A stretch of DNA of 50,853 bases from Candidatus Hydrogenedentota bacterium (GCA_046047315.1 JBJOID010000162.1:1-50853); one strand, 5' to 3'. Shown: positions 1 through 10,140, counted from the first letter of the stretch. A program made the numbers and translations. Notes: generated from the sequence alone by a model not told the origin.

Positions 1-417
1 TTGAATACGGGGCTCCACGAGGTCAAGCAAGTTGGGCAGGGTCTGCAACAGGTCGCTGCCGAGCAGCACCACGGTATCCACGCCGTCATGCAGGGCAAGC
101 GCACGGATGAAGACCGGCTCCTTGACGCCCTCCGCGCGCTTGTCATTCGCGCGTCCGCCATAGCCCGCCATGGGGTGGCCCGCCGCGGGCGTGACGTCAC
201 GCTCGGCCCAGCCCGCCCGCAGCCTGCCCTCCTTGCGGCCCAGGCCCGCCTCGGCCGCGCCGCGGTCGATGCTATCCAGTGCGCGGCGGTAATAGCCCGT
301 CCTCTCGAAGTCCGCATCGCGATACAAGGGCCAGGGGCCGACGAGGAAGACCACGCTCCCAGCGCCCAGCGCGAAAATCGCCAGTAGCCCGAGCAGTGCA
401 CGAACAAACCACTTCAT
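1..417 (-). CDS. Neutral/alkaline ceramidase-like membrane-anchored protein, 5' part (runs off the window start)
   Basis: Not in the ORF track. Manual translation from ATG at 417: MKWFVRALLGLLAIFALGAGSVVFLVGPWPLYRD...RLRAGWAERDVTPAAGHPMAGYGGR...ALALHDGVDTVVLLGSDLL. Clear paralog of 27285..28673. Confidence 0.85.
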   Translation of the reverse strand, partial: MKWFVRALLGLLAIFALGAGSVVFLVGPWPLYRDADFERTGYYRRALDSIDRGAAEAGLGRKEGRLRAGWAERDVTPAAGHPMAGYGGRANDKRAEGVKEPVFIRALALHDGVDTVVLLGSDLLQTLPNLLDLVEPRIQ

Positions 418-433
418 CAGGGATCCCGCCTTC

Positions 434-1804
434 TCAACCCTTGGCCGAAACGAGCCGCCGCCAGAAGCCGCCGCCCTTGTCCGGGTCGCTAGGCGGGGTC
501 ACTTCCTCGCTGTGTTCGCGCAGGTGCTGCCACGAGAAAATGCCCGAACTGTGCCCGTCGCTCCAGGTGACTGCGATTGCGTAGTTGCCCAGGGTTTGGA
601 TTTGCTTGGGGTGGATGTCGCCAGGAATCGTGCGAGGGTCCAATATTGGCTCGTTCGTGTATTCGTTCACACACAGCGCGCATTGGCAAGAGGCACGCAG
701 CTCACGGTGCCCGGCTACGCTCTGGCTGCCGTCGGGCCAGGTGATGTAGATGCCGTCGCCGCGCGCCTCCACCTTCGGCTGCTCCTCCCCGGTAAGCCGG
801 CGCACGCCAATGGCCCGGTGCAGATGCTCCGCCAGTTGCGCAAACTCGGGAATCTCCTTGCCCGCGTCGCGGGTTGCGGCCAGCGAGAGTCCGCCTCGAA
901 TGGGTAGCTGGGCGAGCGTGGCCACGCCGAAGCGCTCGAGCAGCGCCGCGCCGTGCTGGCCGAAGGGATAGTGCCGCTCGTTGCAGTTGCCGCAGTCGAA
1001 CCAGGCCATGTTTTCCACAACGCCAAGCACCGGCACTTGCACCGTCTCGAACATGAGGATGCCCCGGGCCACGTCCGCCAGCGACAGCGCATGCGGCGTG
1101 GTGACGATGATCGCACCGTCGAGCGCGGCCTGCTGCACCAGCGTCAGCTGAATGTCCCCCGTGCCGGGGGGCATGTCGATAATCAGGTAGTCCAGCTCGC
1201 CCCAGTCGGTCTGCTGCAGCAACTGCATGGTGTAGCTGCTGACGATGGGGCCGCGCACCACTGCAGGCTTGTCGCCCATCATGTAACCCAGCGACATCGA
1301 CTTGAGGCCGTCCACCGTCACCGGCTGGATGAGCTCCTTACGCATGAACACCTCGGGCTGACGGCACTGCAACAGCGTGGGCAGCGAGGGGCCATACATG
1401 TCGAGATCGAGCAGGCCGACGGCATGTCCCTCCCGCTGGATGGCCCGCGTGAGGAAAGCCGCCACGGTGGACTTGCCCACACCCCCCTTGCAACTGGAGA
1501 CCGCGACGACGTTTTTCACCTTCGCCAGCGTGTTGGCCTTGGGGGTCTGGCGCGGCTTGCTCTCCATTGCTGTCATCGTCACCTCGACGGACTCGACCCC
1601 CGGCACCGCCGAGACCGCCGCGTGGGCGTCCGCCCGGAATTTCTCTTTCACTGGACAGGCCGGGGTGGTGAGTTCAATCGCAAAGGAGACGCGCCCCCCA
1701 TCGATTTCCAGATTCTTAATGAAGCCCAGCGACACGATATCGCGCCCGAAATCCGGGTCGATGATGGTGCTGAGCGCGGCCAGGACGGCGATTTTTTCAG
1801 GCAT
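434..1804 (-). CDS. mrp: Mrp/ApbC/NBP35 Fe-S cluster carrier ATPase with N-terminal DUF59 (MIP18) and C-terminal DUF971 domains (HCF101-like architecture)
   Basis: IIDPDFGRDIVSLG/TTPACP (DUF59); SCKGGVGKST deviant Walker A; DMPPGTGD; VVENM-CxxC; CQCALC and GNYAIAVTWSDGH (DUF971). Start set at MPEKI. Confidence 0.92.
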   Translation of the reverse strand: MPEKIAVLAALSTIIDPDFGRDIVSLGFIKNLEIDGGRVSFAIELTTPACPVKEKFRADAHAAVSAVPGVESVEVTMTAMESKPRQTPKANTLAKVKNVVAVSSCKGGVGKSTVAAFLTRAIQREGHAVGLLDLDMYGPSLPTLLQCRQPEVFMRKELIQPVTVDGLKSMSLGYMMGDKPAVVRGPIVSSYTMQLLQQTDWGELDYLIIDMPPGTGDIQLTLVQQAALDGAIIVTTPHALSLADVARGILMFETVQVPVLGVVENMAWFDCGNCNERHYPFGQHGAALLERFGVATLAQLPIRGGLSLAATRDAGKEIPEFAQLAEHLHRAIGVRRLTGEEQPKVEARGDGIYITWPDGSQSVAGHRELRASCQCALCVNEYTNEPILDPRTIPGDIHPKQIQTLGNYAIAVTWSDGHSSGIFSWQHLREHSEEVTPPSDPDKGGGFWRRLVSAKG

Positions 1805-1939
1805 GAACAGCGATCTCCCTGCGCGGGCGCAAAGCGCCCGGCAGGTATCATACCTTTTCGCAAGGGTCGGGTGGCACATAAGTCCCATTGGCGACGCTTT
1901 CTCGACCGGCGGTAGTCGTCTTATGCCTCGCGGCCGCTT

Positions 1940-1968
1940 TTGACACGCTTCCCTGCGCTTGCTATACT
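1940..1968 (+). promoter_or_regulatory. Sigma70 promoter for the tRNA-Gln/prs operon
   Basis: TTGACA-17 bp-TATACT with TG extended -10. Confidence 0.8.
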
Positions 1969-2047
1969 TGCGGGCCGTTTAGCTTGCGGTCGTGTGCGCA
2001 CAGCGCATGGCGCGGGAATCGCGGCGGCCGTGCCGCCGGGTCCATGC

Positions 2048-2122
2048 TGGGGCGTCGCCAAGCGGTAAGGCACCTGGTTTTGGTCCAGGCATACGGTGGT
2101 TCGAATCCATCCGCCCCAGCCA
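2048..2122 (+). tRNA. tRNA-Gln(UUG)
   Basis: Acceptor stem TGGGGCG/CGCCCCA, anticodon arm CCTGG-TTTTGGT-CCAGG, T loop GTTCGAATC, encoded CCA. Typical position upstream of prs. Confidence 0.97.
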
Positions 2123-2165
2123 CCGGCTCCGCTGGGGCCGCAGGGCAGGGACACCCGGGGTGATC

Positions 2166-3119
<954 letters not shown>

Positions 3120-3141
3120 CCGGCGGAGGCATCGGCACACC

Positions 3142-3768
3142 ATGGACATGCTACTTTTGACCGCTAAGACCCGCGAGGCGAACGGCAAGGGCGGCGCCCG
3201 CAAGAAGCGCGCTTCCGGGCTGGTTCCCATCACCATTTACGGCGAGGGCCAGGCGCCCGCGAGCATCGAGGTGGACCTTAAGAACTTCGAGCGCGTGACG
3301 CATGGCAAGCTTGGACGGCACGCCTTCATCGACGTCACGGTCGAGGACGATGCCAGCCTGAATGGTCCGGCCGTCATTCGCGCCGTGCAGAACCATCCCA
3401 TCACGGACAAGGTGTTGAGCGCGGATTTTCAGCGCATTCGCCTAGACAAGAAGATCGTTACGCTTGTCCCGATCAAGTTGACGGGTCACTGCAAGGGGCT
3501 GGTGCTCGGCGGCATCCCTGACCAGCACCTGCACCAGCTCCAGATCGAGGCGCTCCCGCTGGACGTGCCGGAGAACATCGAGGCGGATATCACCGAAGTT
3601 GGCCTTGGCGGCACCTACCACGTGAGCGACATCAAGCCCGTGCAGGGCGTGACCATTCTTACCGCTCCCGAGCGTAGCGTGATCGCCATCAAGGTGCCTC
3701 GCACCGCGAAGCGCCCGACTGGCCCGGCTGCCGACGCGAAGGCCGCGAAGGGCGGCGCGAAGAAGTAA
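3142..3768 (+). CDS. rplY: 50S ribosomal protein bL25/Ctc
   Basis: GKGGARKKRASGLVPITIYG, VQNHPITD, DFQRI. Conserved prs-rplY-pth synteny; GGAGG RBS. Confidence 0.93.
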   Translation: MDMLLLTAKTREANGKGGARKKRASGLVPITIYGEGQAPASIEVDLKNFERVTHGKLGRHAFIDVTVEDDASLNGPAVIRAVQNHPITDKVLSADFQRIRLDKKIVTLVPIKLTGHCKGLVLGGIPDQHLHQLQIEALPLDVPENIEADITEVGLGGTYHVSDIKPVQGVTILTAPERSVIAIKVPRTAKRPTGPAADAKAAKGGAKK

Positions 3769-3783
3769 GGCGGAACCTGACCT

Positions 3784-4350
3784 GTGAAGATGATTGCCGG
3801 CCTGGGCAATCCCGGGCCGGCTTACGCGCACACCCGTCACAACCTGGGTTTCATGGTGCTCGATACCCTCGCCGAGAGGCTGGGGGTGCGGTTCGACAAG
3901 GAGAAGCATCAGGGACTGGTGGCGGAGGCGGCAACTCCAGCGGGCAAGCTCATGCTGGTGAAGCCATTGACCTTCATGAACCTCAGCGGCGCCTGCCTGG
4001 CGCCGCTGGCGAAGAACAAGATCTTCTCCCCTGCGGACATCTTGGTGGTGGTGGACGAGGTGAACCTGCCAATGGGCCGGATTCGATTCCGCTCCGGCGG
4101 CAGCGCCGGGGGACACAACGGCCTCAAGTCGATTATCGAGCGCCTTGGCACGCCGGACTTTCACCGGATGCGCATAGGCGTTGGGGATGATCGCGGAGGC
4201 AAGGATCTTTCCGGGCACGTATTGGCGAAGTTTCGCCCGGAAGAGCGGGAGACGCTGGAGGAGACGCGGCAACGGGCCGCGGAAGGCATCATGATTTGGG
4301 CGCAGTCCGGCATCGAAGAAGCGATGAACCGGATGAACGCCAAGGGATAG
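3784..4350 (+). CDS. pth: Peptidyl-tRNA hydrolase
   Basis: GLGNPG, TRHNLGF, KPLTFMNLSG, GGHNGLKSI. Confidence 0.97.
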   Translation: MKMIAGLGNPGPAYAHTRHNLGFMVLDTLAERLGVRFDKEKHQGLVAEAATPAGKLMLVKPLTFMNLSGACLAPLAKNKIFSPADILVVVDEVNLPMGRIRFRSGGSAGGHNGLKSIIERLGTPDFHRMRIGVGDDRGGKDLSGHVLAKFRPEERETLEETRQRAAEGIMIWAQSGIEEAMNRMNAKG

Positions 4351-4394
4351 CGGCGGGCGCCCGGCCCAGCCAGCGGAACGAAGGAGAACCAGGA

Positions 4395-4886
4395 ATGTCC
4401 AAGCTCCGGAAGCACACGATCACCGTGCTCGTGGAAAATCACTTCGGCGTCCTGGCGCGGGTATCGGGCATGTTCTCTACCCGAGGGTTCAACATCTCCA
4501 GCCTTTGCGTGGGCGAGACGGAGAATCCGGAAGTCTCCCGCATGACCGTGGTTGTGCGCGCCGACGAGACCGGGGTGGGACAGGTCATCCAGCAGCTGAA
4601 CAAGCTGGTCGAAGTGATTGAGGTGGTGGACCTGACGGAAGAGTCTTTCGTCGAGCGCGAATTGGTGATGGTGAAGGTGAACGCCACGGGCAACCAGCGC
4701 GGCGAGGTCGTCGAACTGGCCAGCATCTTCCGCGCCAAGGTGGTGGATGTGGGCAAGGAGCAGATGATTGTGGAATGCACCGGCGCGTCCGAGAAGATCG
4801 CCGCCTTTATCGACATGATGCGCAACCTCGGCATTTCCGAGATCGTGCGCAGCGGTGAAATTGCCATTGCGCGTTCGAGCAAGTAA
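4395..4886 (+). CDS. ilvN: Acetolactate synthase small (regulatory) subunit
   Basis: ACT domain VLVENHFGVLARVSGMFSTRGFNISSL; ERELVMVKV; EIVRSG. Confidence 0.93.
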   Translation: MSKLRKHTITVLVENHFGVLARVSGMFSTRGFNISSLCVGETENPEVSRMTVVVRADETGVGQVIQQLNKLVEVIEVVDLTEESFVERELVMVKVNATGNQRGEVVELASIFRAKVVDVGKEQMIVECTGASEKIAAFIDMMRNLGISEIVRSGEIAIARSSK

Positions 4887-5049
4887 CGCGTAGAATAGAC
4901 GGAAGTGCCGGAACCCCGCGAAGGAACGGCCCGGCTGGAGACTATCAACTTGATGATGCAGCGGCGTACGCGACAGCAAGCCTGCCCGCCGCCTTGGCCG
5001 ATGGGCCAGGGGGCGCGGACGCTTGACCGTCTACGCCTTGCCAACGCGC
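4869..5049 (+). ncRNA. Candidate structured non-coding RNA (long irregular rod, 6S RNA-like)
   Basis: Colinear nested complementary segments over ~180 nt, followed by an intrinsic terminator. Family not confirmed. Confidence 0.5.
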
Positions 5050-5056
5050 GCATCCG

Positions 5057-5088
5057 CGCCGTGGCGCTTTGCGCCGCGGCGTTTTTTT
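5057..5088 (+). terminator. Rho-independent terminator
   Basis: 11-bp stem CGCCGTGGCGC/GCGCCGCGGCG, TTT loop, T7 tail. Confidence 0.85.
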
Positions 5089-5131
5089 ATGCCCATGCTT
5101 TCGCCGCCACGATCCCCGCAAGGAACACGCC

Positions 5132-5881
5132 ATGAGAGACCTGCTCAACCTGCAATCCCTCGACATCAAGATTGAACGCTGCCGCGCCCAGGAGCGCGAG
5201 ATTCCCAAGCAGAAGCAGAAATACGACGTGCAGAAGAAGCGCCTTGAGGAAGAGCTGGCCGCTTGCGAGCAACGCTCGAAGAACCTTGTGCTGGAGCAGC
5301 GCTCCTGCGAGACGGACATCCAGCAGCGGCAGGAACAAATCCGCAAGTACGAGGGACAGCTCAACAGCGTGCGCAAGAACGAGGAATACACCGCGCTGCT
5401 GCACGAAATCGAAATCCTGAAGAAGCAGATCGCCGTGAAGGAAGAGCGCATCATTGGGATCATGATGGAACTGGATGAGGCGAAGCAGAAGCTGGAGCAG
5501 GACAAGAAGCGTATTGCGGCGGAAAGCGAACGCATCAACCGCGAGTGTGGCAAGATCGATCAGGAACTGGCTGAGGCCACCGCCGAGCGCAAGCAGTACG
5601 AAGCCCAGCGCGCGCCAATGGTGGAAAAGGTGGACCCAGCCACGCTGCGCCGTTATGAGCGCATTCGCGTCGCGCACAACGGCGGACGCGCCGTGGTGCC
5701 CATGGACAACGAAAGCTGCGGCGGTTGCCACATGACCCTGCGCCCGCAGATTGTCAACGAGATTCTCGCCGGCGAGAAGATGCACGCGTGCAGCCAGTGC
5801 GGCCGACTGTTGTTTTACCCGGGCAATATCGAGGTGGCGGAAGTGCTGGAGTCCTCCAGCCAGGACGCCACGGTCAACTAG
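5132..5881 (+). CDS. Coiled-coil protein with C4-type zinc ribbon (DUF164/zf-RING_7, CT398/HP0958 family)
   Basis: LLNLQSLD start, long coiled coil, CGGCHM...CSQCGRLLF. Confidence 0.9.
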   Translation: MRDLLNLQSLDIKIERCRAQEREIPKQKQKYDVQKKRLEEELAACEQRSKNLVLEQRSCETDIQQRQEQIRKYEGQLNSVRKNEEYTALLHEIEILKKQIAVKEERIIGIMMELDEAKQKLEQDKKRIAAESERINRECGKIDQELAEATAERKQYEAQRAPMVEKVDPATLRRYERIRVAHNGGRAVVPMDNESCGGCHMTLRPQIVNEILAGEKMHACSQCGRLLFYPGNIEVAEVLESSSQDATVN

Positions 5882-5897
5882 GCGGAGTTTCGACGCC

Positions 5898-6812
5898 GTG
5901 GCCTTTTTTCGTCGCCGCACACCGGGGCTCTCGCGCACCGGGGGCAAGAGCATTCCCGACGGGCTTTGGATGAAGTGCGCGGGATGCGGCCAGACCCTGT
6001 ACAAGAACGAGGTGGAGGAGAAGCACCAGGTCTGCCCCTCCTGCGGACATCACTACCGGGTGAGCGCGCGCCAGCGCATCACCATCCACTTCGATCCCGA
6101 GTCCTTCGAGGAAACCCACACCACACTTTCCGCGGCCGATCCACTGGGCTTCAGTGTGGGGAGCGAGTCCTATGCGCAGCGCGTGGAGCGTGCCCGTGCG
6201 CAATCCGGCATGAACGAGGCCCTGCTGACGGGCTTCGCTCGCCTGCAGGGCTTTCGCGTGGCCGTCGGCGCGATGGACTCCTCGTTCATCATGGCCAGCA
6301 TGGGCGCCGCGCTGGGCGAGAAGTTCTGCCGCCTTGCGCAAGATGCCATCCGAGAGCGCCTGCCCCTTGTCGTTTTTGCCGCCTCCGGTGGCGCGCGCAT
6401 GCAGGAAGGCATCCTGGCGCTGATGCAAATGGCGAAGACCGCCGGCGCGGTGCGCGCGCTTAACGAAGCGGGCATACCCTACATTGTGGTGCTGACCGAC
6501 CCCACCTCCGGGGGGGTCTACGCGAGCTTTGCCAGCCTGGGCGACGTTATCCTCGCGGAACCCAAAGCCTACATCGGCTTCGCGGGGGCGCGCCTCATTG
6601 AAGGCGCGCTGAAAGTGAAGCTTCCCGATGGCTTCCAGACGGCGGAATACCAGTACGAAAACGGTCATATCGACCGCATCGTGCCAAGGGGGGAATTGCG
6701 GGAGGTGCTCGGCAAGCTGGTGCGCTATCTGCACCCCGCGCCAGACGTGTGCCCGCTGGAACTGCCCGCCACTGAAGAAAAGCCCGAGGAGGCCGGGGCC
6801 GCCACGGTGTGA
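5898..6812 (+). CDS. accD: Acetyl-CoA carboxylase carboxyltransferase beta subunit
   Basis: GLWMKCxxC...CPSC zinc finger, SGGARMQEG, LTDPTSGGV. GTG start at 5898. Confidence 0.95.
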   Translation: MAFFRRRTPGLSRTGGKSIPDGLWMKCAGCGQTLYKNEVEEKHQVCPSCGHHYRVSARQRITIHFDPESFEETHTTLSAADPLGFSVGSESYAQRVERARAQSGMNEALLTGFARLQGFRVAVGAMDSSFIMASMGAALGEKFCRLAQDAIRERLPLVVFAASGGARMQEGILALMQMAKTAGAVRALNEAGIPYIVVLTDPTSGGVYASFASLGDVILAEPKAYIGFAGARLIEGALKVKLPDGFQTAEYQYENGHIDRIVPRGELREVLGKLVRYLHPAPDVCPLELPATEEKPEEAGAATV

Positions 6813-8095
6813 GTGAAGCGCGCGCGCAGGACTCGCCGAGGGAGTGGCTGGACCACCTGAGTTTCTTCGGCATCAAGCTGGGTCTGGAAAACATCCGGGC
6901 TTTGCTCGCGGCGGATGGCAACCCCCAGGAGCGGCTGCTGACGGCGCATGTGGCGGGCACCAACGGCAAAGGCAGTACGCTGGCTTTTCTGGATGCTCTC
7001 CTGCGCGATGCGGGCTATTCGACCGGGCGCTTCACCAGTCCCCACTTGGTGCGCATCAACGAGCGCTTTCTCGTCAATGCCATGCCCATCGCTGATGCAG
7101 ACCTCGATCGCCACCTCGAACACTTTCGCGAAATCGCCGCACGGCTGGGTGACCTGACGCCAACCTATTTCGAGGTCTGCACCGCCGTCGCCTTGCGACA
7201 CTTCGCCGAGTCCGGGGTGGACGTGGCGCTCATTGAGACAGGGATGGGCGGGCGGCTCGACTCGACCAACGTCGTCCACCCTGCCGCCGTGGCGATCACC
7301 AGCATCGGATTCGATCACATGCAATACCTCGGCGACACGCTCACCGCGATAGCCGGGGAAAAGGCGGGCATCATCAAGCCCAGCGCCGGAGCGGTGGCCG
7401 GAGCCATGCCGTCAGAGGCGGCCTCCGTGATTGCGGCGGCTGCTGAGCGTGCAGGCGCGCGGTTGCGCATGCAAGGTACACACTTCGACGCGCGCCAGGC
7501 TGGCCCCGCGTGGAAGCCCCAGCTTGTCTACGAAGACGCGACGCTGGAGCTCGGCCCCGTGCCGCTCGGTTTGGCAGGCCCGCACCAGGCCGGCAACGCC
7601 GCCGTTGCGATTGAACTCGCCATGCAGCTTCGGCAAGCACTTCCCCGCCTTCAACCCGAACGCCATGCGCGCGCCCTTGGTGATGCGGGCTGGCCCTGCC
7701 GTCTCGAGCGCGTGTGTGACTCGCCGCCCATCATCATCGACGCTGCCCACAATCCCGATGGCATGCGTGTCTATGCGGCCCTTTTCCGCCGCGCCGTGGT
7801 GGTCTGCGCCTGTTCCTCGGACAAGGACACAGCAGGCATGCTCACCCATCTGGCGCGTTTCGCGGAGCCGCTCATTGTGACGCGCTACGAAGGCCCGCGC
7901 GCGGCGGATCCCCATGGGCTGGCAGAAGCAATGCCCGGCGCTCTGGCCATTCCCCGCCTCGCGGATGCCATTGCCGCCGGACTAGAGCGCGCCACCCCCG
8001 CGCGTCCACTGCTGATCACGGGCAGCATCTTCCTCGCCGGAGAAGCGCGCGGGCATCTGGAGGAACTTGGCCTAGCCCCGCCGCTTGCGTTCTGA
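6809..8095 (+). CDS. folC: Folylpolyglutamate/dihydrofolate synthase
   Basis: HVAGTNGKGS, TSPHL, ETGMGGRLDSTN, DAAHNP, TGSIFLAG. GTGA overlap with accD. Confidence 0.95.
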   Translation: MSEARAQDSPREWLDHLSFFGIKLGLENIRALLAADGNPQERLLTAHVAGTNGKGSTLAFLDALLRDAGYSTGRFTSPHLVRINERFLVNAMPIADADLDRHLEHFREIAARLGDLTPTYFEVCTAVALRHFAESGVDVALIETGMGGRLDSTNVVHPAAVAITSIGFDHMQYLGDTLTAIAGEKAGIIKPSAGAVAGAMPSEAASVIAAAAERAGARLRMQGTHFDARQAGPAWKPQLVYEDATLELGPVPLGLAGPHQAGNAAVAIELAMQLRQALPRLQPERHARALGDAGWPCRLERVCDSPPIIIDAAHNPDGMRVYAALFRRAVVVCACSSDKDTAGMLTHLARFAEPLIVTRYEGPRAADPHGLAEAMPGALAIPRLADAIAAGLERATPARPLLITGSIFLAGEARGHLEELGLAPPLAF

Positions 8096-8161
8096 TTCGG
8101 GTCAACGCGGACTCACACATTCCGGTTCGGCACGCTGGCATGGGGCATGGGGAATAGCAGC

Positions 8162-9349
8162 TTAGAAGTAATACCCCAGTTCGATCTGGACGAAATCGTC
8201 CTTCAGGAAGTAGAACAGCGGGTCGGGGTCTTTCGCACCGGAAAAGAAACGGGCTTCCACGCTGAGTTTCCACTGCTCGCCGAGGCGGCGTTCCGCCTCA
8301 ACGCCCACGGCCGTTGCCCCGGACTCGGGGTCAATGATAACCCCCGCGAGCAGCATGCTGCTCTGCACATCGTTTAGCGAGACCCGGGTGCCAAGGAAAA
8401 GATCATTCTGGAACGGGGTTTGGCCACCCTCGCCGCGGCTGTCGTACAAATGCTCCATCAGCAGCCCGACATCGGCGGCGCTTTCGAACACGCTGTAGAA
8501 GGTGTATTCGAACCCGGCGGTTGTGGCGAAGAAGTCCTCGCCCTGGCCCGAACGATAGATGCCCTCGAACTTCAGCAGCCAGCCACCGGTGGTGTACTGC
8601 ACATCAACCCCGCTCTGGTGGATGATGTCGTAGTAAGGCACAAGCCGAAGGCGGAAATCATCGACCGCGGGCATGAGCCGGGGCTCTCGGCTGGTGCCCC
8701 AGAAGTGGGAGATGCCGAAGTCCCAGTTGCCGACATAATGGCTGTAGCGAACGGCAAGATCAGTATGCCACTCCTCGGAGCCGCTCTCGTATCTGGCGTC
8801 ATCCAGGTCCAGGCCGATGGGGGGGCGCAGCCGCCCGTGGCGCCCGGGAAAAGTGCGCTCGCGAAAGCCGGGCATCACGAAGAAATCAAGGGTCCCCCAG
8901 TCCTTCACCAAGGCGTAATTCAGCATCAGCTGCCCGAGCTTCTCTTCCCCATCAGGACTCTCCACAAGGTCGGTCTGGTTGATGATGTCCACCAAGTGCT
9001 GGGATTCAGTGACGCCCCAATATACCTTGCGCCAGCCCAGCCTCAACTCCCAGGTCTCGGCGCTCTTTTGCCAGAAAAGCTCGCGCACGTCGAAGCTGCT
9101 CCGCTCATGATCATGCTGGTCAATGCGGAAATGCGGCGCGAAGAGGAAGCGCTCTCCTCGCTCCTCCCATTCGTGGTAGAACTCGGGGTCGAAGGAGAGG
9201 CTGAGCGAGTCTTCGTGCTGCGCCTCAAGCGCGGGTGGAGAGGGAAACAGGCGCGACTGTAAAGCGAGCGAGCCCGACCACTCCCCGGCCTCCGCAGACG
9301 CGGCCGCAATCAACGGCCATGCCACCAACCACGCGCGAAACGAGGCCAC
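8162..9349 (-). CDS. Putative outer-membrane beta-barrel protein (MMPL/LolA-like-associated)
   Basis: Signal peptide, alternating aromatic beta strands, C-terminal YYF. Start (GTG 9349) uncertain. Confidence 0.75.
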   Translation of the reverse strand: MASFRAWLVAWPLIAAASAEAGEWSGSLALQSRLFPSPPALEAQHEDSLSLSFDPEFYHEWEERGERFLFAPHFRIDQHDHERSSFDVRELFWQKSAETWELRLGWRKVYWGVTESQHLVDIINQTDLVESPDGEEKLGQLMLNYALVKDWGTLDFFVMPGFRERTFPGRHGRLRPPIGLDLDDARYESGSEEWHTDLAVRYSHYVGNWDFGISHFWGTSREPRLMPAVDDFRLRLVPYYDIIHQSGVDVQYTTGGWLLKFEGIYRSGQGEDFFATTAGFEYTFYSVFESAADVGLLMEHLYDSRGEGGQTPFQNDLFLGTRVSLNDVQSSMLLAGVIIDPESGATAVGVEAERRLGEQWKLSVEARFFSGAKDPDPLFYFLKDDFVQIELGYYF

Positions 9350-9351
9350 CG

Positions 9352-10140
9352 TTACCGCGCGCTCTGCAGGCTGTTCTGGTCGAAGTCCCGGGCGCTCAGG
9401 CCCTGGCCGAACTTGTAGTCCTGCGATTCCAGCGTGGTGCTCTTGCCGGTTACATGGTTGACCATGTCCATCTTTCCGGGCCGCCAATACTTGTCGAGGT
9501 ATTGCTGGTAACCCGAGGGTGTAAGGGTTTTGAGCAGCTCACCGCGCCGGTCGTAGAACTCCACTTTCTGCAAGCGGTAATGCGACTGGTCGATCCACGC
9601 GATCTGCTTCGAATAGCCGCTGTCCTTGTTGATCGGATAGCGCTCGATGACGAAGCAGCTCTCGCCGTTGATGCTCTCGTCACGCAGATACTTGTAGGTG
9701 TATTTCTCCACTTCCTGCGCGCTTAGATCCTCGTAGGCAAATTCGCTGCCCATGAAGGGCCCCGACTGGTTGTTGCTGGCGATGCGCTTCACACGCTTGA
9801 GCGCCGGCAGGAAAAGCCACTGGTCATCGTTGCCGGTTTTGTGGGCGTGCGACAGCAGGGCCGTGCCCTTCACGTCGGCGGGGGTGTCGAAAACCACGAG
9901 CGACTTGTCGCCCTCGCCGGGCTGCTCGAGCGCCTTGATGCGCAGCTCCCGCGTCGCTTCCTCGCCGCCCTTGCCCCGCAGTATCATCCGCAGCGTAGAG
10001 CTGGCATCGCCCCATCCCGCATCGCGGGCATCGGCCTCGCGGGCAATATCAAGCCCGCGCTCTTCGGGGGTCTGCGCCGCCGCATGCAGCGCGGTCGCCA
10101 TCACAATGCCCGTCAACAATACCCTAGACCAACGCCGCAT
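9352..10140 (-). CDS. Outer-membrane lipoprotein-sorting (LolA-like) protein
   Basis: Signal peptide; PADVKGTALL, DDQWLFLPALKRVKRI, FMGSEFAYEDL. Confidence 0.88.
   Translation of the reverse strand: MRRWSRVLLTGIVMATALHAAAQTPEERGLDIAREADARDAGWGDASSTLRMILRGKGGEEATRELRIKALEQPGEGDKSLVVFDTPADVKGTALLSHAHKTGNDDQWLFLPALKRVKRIASNNQSGPFMGSEFAYEDLSAQEVEKYTYKYLRDESINGESCFVIERYPINKDSGYSKQIAWIDQSHYRLQKVEFYDRRGELLKTLTPSGYQQYLDKYWRPGKMDMVNHVTGKSTTLESQDYKFGQGLSARDFDQNSLQSAR

Noticed and set aside
1-387. Plus-strand 128-aa ORF
   Set aside because: Antisense shadow of the minus-strand ceramidase-like gene.
2048-2165. Integration at tRNA-Gln
   Set aside because: prs follows directly; no duplicated tRNA 3' end or integrase seen.
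4887-5131. RNase P RNA, SRP RNA or tRNA-Sec as the identity of the structured spacer
   Set aside because: Lacks GAGGAAAGTCC, the SRP CAGG-GNRA-AGCAG core, and a UCA anticodon arm with T loop.
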